Assembly (NCBI GenBank): GCA_049975265.1
Contig: JBNGDF010000001.1
Span: forward strand, 128,001-192,000
Direction: 5' to 3'
Origin: Fidelibacterota bacterium
Lineage (GTDB): Bacteria > Fidelibacterota > UBA2242
DNA: 64,000 bases
Part shown: positions 58,693 to 64,000 of the stretch, piece after piece
Layout: the number at the start of each line of letters is the position of its first letter
Position numbering within the stretch: position 1 is the stretch's first letter
Notes under the pieces: model-generated
Seen by the model: the letters and a program-made list of their open reading frames with translations, nothing else
The model's database searches: none
What the model was told of the DNA's origin: nothing
Translations under genes and position numbers: made by a program

Positions 58693-59466
58693 TTATAATT
58701 CTGTCAGCAATTCTTGCGCCTCGACCTGCATGTTTTTATCGGCGTCGGAGTTGGCGGGCAGTGCCAGGGCTTTTTGCAGGGCGTCCCGGGCGTTATTATC
58801 CTGACCGAGTTTTTCGTAGCTTTTGCCCAGCCAGAGCAGGTGGCGAATATCGTCGGGTTTGATTTCGTGGGCTTTGCTGAAAAACTCCACCGCTTTCTCG
58901 AAGGATGCTGCCGGTGGGGTGGCGTAGATGACGCTGGCGATTTTGCGCTCCACCCAGCTGAGGTCTGCCAGGGCAAAGTGCCAGCGCCCCATAACGTGAT
59001 AGTTGGAATCGTTTTTAGGGTCAAGCTCGATGGCTTTCAGCGTGTGCTCACGGACGGCATAGGAGTTTTCGATTTTCTGCTTGGTTCCTTCGATTTCTCC
59101 GATTCGCCCGATTAAAATGGAATAGTACTGGTGCCCTTCGGCGACGTTCGGGGCAATCCCGACACACTTTTTGGCGTACTCGAAACCGGGATAGATGTTT
59201 GCCTTTTGCAGTTCGATGTTGGTTTCGTCCTGATCGGCAATATCGAAGTAAGCCCGGGCGAGTTTCCAGAGAATCTCGGGATTATCGGGGTCTAGTTGTT
59301 CAGCTTCCTTGAATTTTGCCAGCGCAGCGGTGTAATTATCTGCGTCGCGCAGCGTCTCCGCCTCTGCTACCAGGCTGTGAAAATCTGCTGCATAGGTTGT
59401 CACCAGCAGTACCATCAGAAAGAGCAGTCCGCATACCCCTATTAATCGAAAATGTCGCTTTTTCAT
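58693..59466 (-). CDS. Exported TPR protein resembling eukaryotic RMDN1/RMDN3 (PTPIP51)
   Basis: LWKLARA, KIENSYAVREHTLKAIELDP and LSWVERKIASVIYATPP.ASFEKA; signal peptide. Confidence 0.7.
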   Translation of the reverse strand: MKKRHFRLIGVCGLLFLMVLLVTTYAADFHSLVAEAETLRDADNYTAALAKFKEAEQLDPDNPEILWKLARAYFDIADQDETNIELQKANIYPGFEYAKKCVGIAPNVAEGHQYYSILIGRIGEIEGTKQKIENSYAVREHTLKAIELDPKNDSNYHVMGRWHFALADLSWVERKIASVIYATPPAASFEKAVEFFSKAHEIKPDDIRHLLWLGKSYEKLGQDNNARDALQKALALPANSDADKNMQVEAQELLTEL

Positions 59467-59517
59467 TTTTCCCTCGCATATAGTTTGGTTATGTAATGTT
59501 GCCTCGATGATGGAATT

Positions 59518-60288
59518 TTAGAAAAATTCCACGAAGGTGAATTTGAGTTCCCGGTTGAAGTGTTCAACTTTATTCCGGTTCAGCAGGATATTGTTAAAGT
59601 CCACCTCCAGATGAAACTTTTGAACCATGGTCCAGCGGATTCCGGCATTCAGGTATCCCAGCCCCTCCCCGAGACCGATGATATTGGTGCTGTTGTCATT
59701 CAGGGCGGCATCGTATTCCAGGACAAAGGAAATTTCCGGGTTAATGTCCTTATCGAAACCGATGAAGAACGACGGGTCGCCGTCACCATCATCATCTTCC
59801 AAAGGATTGTAATTAAGCCCGGCATGAAAACCCATATTGCCCAGCAGCCGGTAGTTTTTACTGGCAACCAGGTAGAAGCCCTTCGCCTTGGTGTCGTAAC
59901 GTTTGAGGGAATCGATATAGGCACCCTGACCCTGGGAGTTGAAGCCCAGTAGTAATGCCGGCAGCTTGCCGGATTCCTCGATAAAGCGGTATTTCACTTC
60001 TACTCCGGGTTGATTATGCCACTGGATTTCCTGGTCGCCGATGATGCGGGCGCCGCCGTAGCTGATGCCGAACATAAAATGCTGTGAGATTCCGGCGAAG
60101 ATTCCGGCGAGAGCACCGCCATTGCTGAACAGACGGAATTCTGCCAGATAGGCACCCCGGGGAATAATGCCGGCAGTAGGCGCAGTTACCAGGGTAACGG
60201 GTTGAGGGTAGACAGAATTTTCCTGGGGCACCAGTGCGATTGGCAGCAGCAGGATTGCCAGCATCGGGATTATGAATAAATGTTTCAT
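59518..60288 (-). CDS. YjbH-like outer-membrane beta-barrel
   Basis: Signal peptide from ATG 60288; LVTAPTAG, VKYRF..E...PA, YLVASK, EYD, LNAGIRW; C-terminal FF. Confidence 0.65.
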   Translation of the reverse strand: MKHLFIIPMLAILLLPIALVPQENSVYPQPVTLVTAPTAGIIPRGAYLAEFRLFSNGGALAGIFAGISQHFMFGISYGGARIIGDQEIQWHNQPGVEVKYRFIEESGKLPALLLGFNSQGQGAYIDSLKRYDTKAKGFYLVASKNYRLLGNMGFHAGLNYNPLEDDDGDGDPSFFIGFDKDINPEISFVLEYDAALNDNSTNIIGLGEGLGYLNAGIRWTMVQKFHLEVDFNNILLNRNKVEHFNRELKFTFVEFF

Positions 60289-60381
60289 GAATCTCTCATA
60301 ATTTTTTCTGAATATACATTGAACATGACATAAAAGCAACCAAGATTCGTGTGAGATATACCACAGTCCCAAACCAAACAA

Positions 60382-60410
60382 TTGACTGTTATGCAAAGGA
60401 GTTCTATATT
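60382..60410 (+). promoter_or_regulatory. Housekeeping-sigma promoter
   Basis: TTGACT-N17-TATATT. Confidence 0.65.
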
Positions 60411-60439
60411 TAGGAAAATTTTTAACAGGAGGTTTTACA

Positions 60440-60640
60440 ATCACCCGGAAAAGACGTAAGAATACCCGCTCGAAGAAAAAGCCGCGTAAACTGACGATCC
60501 CCTTTGATGTCGCCCTGCTGGTGTTTTTCGGGATACTGATTTTTATTCTGTTCACATTGACCAATCGGGTTTGCCGTGATGATGATAAAGAGTTGGATAT
60601 TCCCGAAATTTCTATTAAAATAAAGTACCATTATGAATAA
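60440..60640 (+). CDS. 66-aa bitopic membrane protein with an apparent ATC start (not in the ORF track)
   Basis: AGGAGG SD 7 nt upstream; (M)TRKRRKNTRSKKKPRKLTIPFDVALLVFFGILIFILFTLTNRVCRDDDKELDIPEISIKIKYHYE. Confidence 0.55.
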   Translation: MTRKRRKNTRSKKKPRKLTIPFDVALLVFFGILIFILFTLTNRVCRDDDKELDIPEISIKIKYHYE

Positions 60641-60663
60641 AATTGTGCAGAGGGACTAACGTT

Positions 60664-60843
60664 ATGAGAAATCTTGGGATTTTTGTATTTGTGATTGGTT
60701 TGTTGCTGTTGGTTCTGGACCCGACGATTATTCGGATCATCGGGATTCTGGGCGCGGCTTTCGGGCTGTTTGCCCTGCTGGTTCCGGATAAGGCGGCAGA
60801 AATTATTGGTAAGTTCAAATCCAAAAAGGGCAACACTGAATAA
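60664..60843 (+). CDS. 59-aa two-TM membrane protein
   Basis: Two hydrophobic segments and a basic tail; GAGG SD-like sequence upstream. Confidence 0.6.
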   Translation: MRNLGIFVFVIGLLLLVLDPTIIRIIGILGAAFGLFALLVPDKAAEIIGKFKSKKGNTE

Positions 60844-60948
60844 TCGGCAGGTAATGACCGGAAGTGTGCAGGATAGCCTGCCCGTAGACCGACTGCCCTG
60901 CGGAAGAAACCGCGCCGAAGGGCGTGTATTTATTCAGACAGTTAACTA

Positions 60949-60977
60949 TTGAATATCTGCTTTCTCTGGTCTATATT
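60949..60977 (+). promoter_or_regulatory. Housekeeping-sigma promoter
   Basis: TTGAAT-N17-TATATT. Confidence 0.55.
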
Positions 60978-61045
60978 TTGCCCTGAGTGAGACCTGTTAT
61001 TTGTTGTTACCGTAATTGTGGTTTTTGTAGCGGGAAAATGTACTG

Positions 61046-61318
61046 TTGAGCATGTTTGAAGAACCGATTAAGGCACATTTATTGACGCGTCACGAAAAAG
61101 AGATGGGAATACAGATCGCTGAGATGGAAAAGTACAAATATCTCTGCAGCGAGCAAGCCGGCTGTGACATTGGCAAGCGGGCTTATTTTGAATGGACGCA
61201 GAAATATGGGAAAAAGGTCCGTGAGTGGCTTGAAACCCTCAGTGACGACGAGATTAATCGTCTGTTTGATACAATTTCAGGACGTATCAAGCAGTATATT
61301 TTTGAAAAAGCACATTGA
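61046..61318 (+). CDS. Small helical hypothetical protein (resembles DUF4032-type K[WY]..SE.AG.DIG module)
   Basis: EMEKYKYLCSEQAGCDIG...FEW motif, recognised from memory only. Confidence 0.5.
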   Translation: MSMFEEPIKAHLLTRHEKEMGIQIAEMEKYKYLCSEQAGCDIGKRAYFEWTQKYGKKVREWLETLSDDEINRLFDTISGRIKQYIFEKAH

Positions 61319-61435
61319 TGCTTTTTTTTTATTATAGAATAATATGGTAAAGGACACCGGAAGAAATGCATGGGTCGGTATGGGTCTGTGTTTAAGTCAG
61401 ACAACCGGTACCCGATCTGAGAAGGAGGATGACAG

Positions 61436-63454
61436 ATGATGGCGAAATCGAACCAGATTAAACTCCCGGAAAATGCCTATCGGAAGCTGGAGGATGGCGA
61501 AGAGTATATTCCTGTTGTCCCAGCCGGGAAGGTTGTTCCCGAAGTAACTCCCTATTCCCTCTTGTGGGGTCTTTTTTATTCGGTTCTATTCTCCATGGCG
61601 GCAGCGTATCTGGGGTTGAAAATCGGGCAGGTGTTTGAAGCCGCGATTCCGATTGCGATTCTGGCGGTGGGAACCTCGGTGATGTTGAAGCGGAAAAACG
61701 CGCTTCAGGAGAACGTCATCATTCAATCCATCGGCTCTTCCTCGGGTGTAATTGTTGCCGGGGCTATTTTTACGATACCCGGGCTCTATATTTTGGGACT
61801 GGATGTAAGTTTTTTTCAGATTTTTCTGGCATCCCTCTTTGGCGGTGTTCTGGGTATTCTGTTTCTGATTCCTTTCCGCAAATACTTTGTGCAGGATATG
61901 CATGGTGAATTTCCCTTTCCGGAGGCGACCGCCACCACGGAGGTGATCGTAGCCGGTGAATCGGGTGGTGAACAGGCGAAGGTCCTGATTTCGGCGGCGA
62001 TCGTCGGGGGGATATACGATTTTTGTGTTGCCGGTCTGGGCTTATGGAAAGAGGTAGTCTCGACCCAGGTGTTCCGCTGGGGGACTTTTCTGGCGGATAA
62101 ATGGAAGCTGGTGTTGAAAATAAATATCGGCGCTGCGGTCACCGGACTGGGATATATTATCGGGCTGAAGTATGCCCTGATCATCGCCTGTGGTTCTTTT
62201 CTGGCGTGGTGGGTGCTGATCCCGGCGTTTTTTTATGTAGGTCAGCACTTGACGGTACCGCTAGCGCCGGCGCTGGAACTGATCCGGGATATGGACCCTC
62301 AGGATATTTTTACCAATTACGTCCGGCATATTGGTATCGGCGGCATTGCCGCGGCGGGTATAATCGGGATTATCAAGTCATCCAAAATTATCGCGGGTGC
62401 CTTTAGGCTGGCGGCGCAGGAGTTAAGCGGCGGTATTCAGCTGGGCGGGGAGGATGCCGTCCCGAGAACCCAGAAGGATATCAAGATGAAGTGGCTCGCC
62501 ATTTTGCTGTTGATTATATTTGTGGCGCTGTTTGTTTTCTTTCTGTTCGGGGTAGTGGAGCTGAATTTTTGGCATGCCGTTGTGGGAATATTAATTGTAT
62601 TTATCATATCCTTTCTGTTTACCACCGTAGCAGCCCGGGCGATCGCGCTGGTGGGGACCAATCCGGTCTCCGGTATGACGTTGATGACGTTGATTATATC
62701 CTCTGTGATACTGCTCAAAGTCGGTTTGACCGGAGAGAAGGGGATGTTGGCGGCGCTGATTATCGGGGGTGTGGTGTGTACAGCACTTTCCATGTCGGGC
62801 GCCTTTATATCCGATCTGAAAATCGGTTACTGGCTGGGCACGACGCCACGGACACAACAGCGTTATAAGTTCGCCGGAACCCTGCTGGCGGCTGCATCGG
62901 TAGGATTTGTTATCCTGGTGCTGAACAAGACCTTCGGGTTCGGGGCGGAAGCGGGACCCAATGCCCTGGAGGCACCGCAGGCATCGGCAATGGCGGCGGT
63001 GATTGAACCGCTGATGACCGGTGCGCCGGCACCCTGGACGCTCTATATTGCCGGAGTTTTCATGGCGATTATTCTGGAGCTGATCGGAGTTCCGCCGCTG
63101 GCATTTGCACTGGGCATGTATCTGCCGATTTATCTGAACACGCCGATTCTGGCGGGTGGGTTGATTGCTCATTTTATCGGCAAGTCCAGTGATAATCAGG
63201 AATTGGTGAAAAAGCGTCGTGAAAAGGGAACCCTGATTGCTTCCGGTTTCATCGCCGGTGGTGCCATTATGGGCGTGGTTGCGGCTTTTATCATCTTCTT
63301 CGGGCAGAAAATTTTTGGTGAGGGCTGGACCCTGATGCGGGCGCTGGGTACCGGATACTGGGCGGAATCCACCGGTGCGGAGATTGTCGGGTTTGTTATG
63401 TTTGTTCTTTTGCTGGGATACCTCTATTGGGATTCAAAGCGGGTTAAAGAATAG
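61436..63454 (+). CDS. OPT-family oligopeptide transporter
   Basis: YLGLKIG, ENVIIQ, FPEATA, NPVSGM, DLKIG and APQA. Confidence 0.93.
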   Translation: MMAKSNQIKLPENAYRKLEDGEEYIPVVPAGKVVPEVTPYSLLWGLFYSVLFSMAAAYLGLKIGQVFEAAIPIAILAVGTSVMLKRKNALQENVIIQSIGSSSGVIVAGAIFTIPGLYILGLDVSFFQIFLASLFGGVLGILFLIPFRKYFVQDMHGEFPFPEATATTEVIVAGESGGEQAKVLISAAIVGGIYDFCVAGLGLWKEVVSTQVFRWGTFLADKWKLVLKINIGAAVTGLGYIIGLKYALIIACGSFLAWWVLIPAFFYVGQHLTVPLAPALELIRDMDPQDIFTNYVRHIGIGGIAAAGIIGIIKSSKIIAGAFRLAAQELSGGIQLGGEDAVPRTQKDIKMKWLAILLLIIFVALFVFFLFGVVELNFWHAVVGILIVFIISFLFTTVAARAIALVGTNPVSGMTLMTLIISSVILLKVGLTGEKGMLAALIIGGVVCTALSMSGAFISDLKIGYWLGTTPRTQQRYKFAGTLLAAASVGFVILVLNKTFGFGAEAGPNALEAPQASAMAAVIEPLMTGAPAPWTLYIAGVFMAIILELIGVPPLAFALGMYLPIYLNTPILAGGLIAHFIGKSSDNQELVKKRREKGTLIASGFIAGGAIMGVVAAFIIFFGQKIFGEGWTLMRALGTGYWAESTGAEIVGFVMFVLLLGYLYWDSKRVKE

Positions 63455-63525
63455 CTTGTACTCCAGCGCACATTTTTATTGAAATTAAATCCGTATGATA
63501 CAAATAAATTGGGAGGATTGTGGCG

Positions 63526-64000
63526 ATGAAAAAATTTATAATGTTGTTGAGTCTCGCGGGAATGATCCTGGTTGCCTCGGCTTGCCTGGAGGACCTTTTT
63601 TCCAGTGACGATGATGAGGAGTTGAATCAGGCGCTGGCGGGGGTTTGGTATCGCTTCTCAGTGACGGAAGACGGGATCAGCTCTGGATTGCCGGCACTTG
63701 TCGAGTTGCGGAATGATGGTACCGGGACAATCCAAAGTATCGATGAACCGGAGCAGGATGAACCCGCAAGCGATACGTTCAAGTGGCTGACCGAAGGAGA
63801 GATGATCACCATTAACGATGAAAATGACAGCCTGATCTGGTCCGGGACTTTTACCCTTTCGGATGATAACCAGGTGCTTCATTTTTCCTATACTTCGGAA
63901 GGGCGTCCGGTGGAACAGAAATATGTTAAATATACCGGAGAAAAGAATCCCCAGTTGATCGGCACCTGGATCATGGTTGATTTGGTGACCGGTGGTGAGG
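63526..64000 (+). CDS. Lipoprotein with lipocalin-like repeats, truncated by the window end (not in the ORF track)
   Basis: GGAGG SD; MKKFIMLLSLAGMILVASA-C lipobox; LAGVW and LIGTW motifs; frame open to the end. Confidence 0.75.
   Translation, partial: MKKFIMLLSLAGMILVASACLEDLFSSDDDEELNQALAGVWYRFSVTEDGISSGLPALVELRNDGTGTIQSIDEPEQDEPASDTFKWLTEGEMITINDENDSLIWSGTFTLSDDNQVLHFSYTSEGRPVEQKYVKYTGEKNPQLIGTWIMVDLVTGGE

Noticed and set aside
58524..58862. Plus-strand 112-aa ORF
   Set aside because: It is the antisense shadow of the 39-aa peptide and the TPR gene and has no RBS.
60289..60564. N-terminal extension of the barrel ORF to 60564
   Set aside because: The signal peptide begins at ATG 60288, and the extension overlaps a divergent promoter and the ATC-start ORF.
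60845..60925. GC-rich multi-stem segment as a riboswitch or ncRNA
   Set aside because: Only 4-5-bp stems and no recognisable aptamer consensus; compatible with chance or a weak terminator.
1..64000. Mobile elements, prophage, defence systems, rRNA/tRNA, and the many short overlapping ORFs in the track
   Set aside because: No integrase, transposase, phage or cloverleaf signatures were seen. The short ORFs overlap well-supported genes in other frames and lack motifs.

Overview
This 64-kb window looks like core chromosome from an anaerobic, peptide-using Gram-negative bacterium of the FCB group. Candidatus Marinimicrobia-like is my inference from gene content (several YPNPFNP/FlgD-type C-terminal sorting domains, korDABC, selenocysteine use), not a proven assignment. 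About 55 CDS cover envelope glycosylation, mgtE, a 2-oxoacid:ferredoxin oxidoreductase operon, trxB, an ECF sigma/anti-sigma module, phoH, aspS, parAB-M23-bactofilin, trkH, pepD, rocD, uvrA, gpmI, tandem secreted amidases and an OPT transporter. I found no rRNA, tRNA, CRISPR array, integrase or transposase. Best leads: (1) a complete sigma54 promoter architecture (palindromic UAS, IHF-like site, -24/-12) driving an ORF-less, terminator-bounded ~100-nt RNA at ~45947-46046 (-), a candidate unannotated sRNA; (2) a divergent GlnE-like tandem nucleotidyltransferase at the end of the kor operon; (3) a selenocysteine peroxiredoxin, split by the ORF caller, with a SECIS-like hairpin; (4) a PrdB/GrdB-like protein whose apparent Sec position is TCA (Ser); (5) a secreted RMDN/PTPIP51-like TPR protein between an outer-membrane barrel and a 39-aa membrane peptide; (6) a small membrane protein apparently starting at ATC; (7) a 69-bp direct repeat of the TolB-like gene 3' end bracketing one of two modular amidases. 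All family assignments come from motif recognition by eye; no searches were run.
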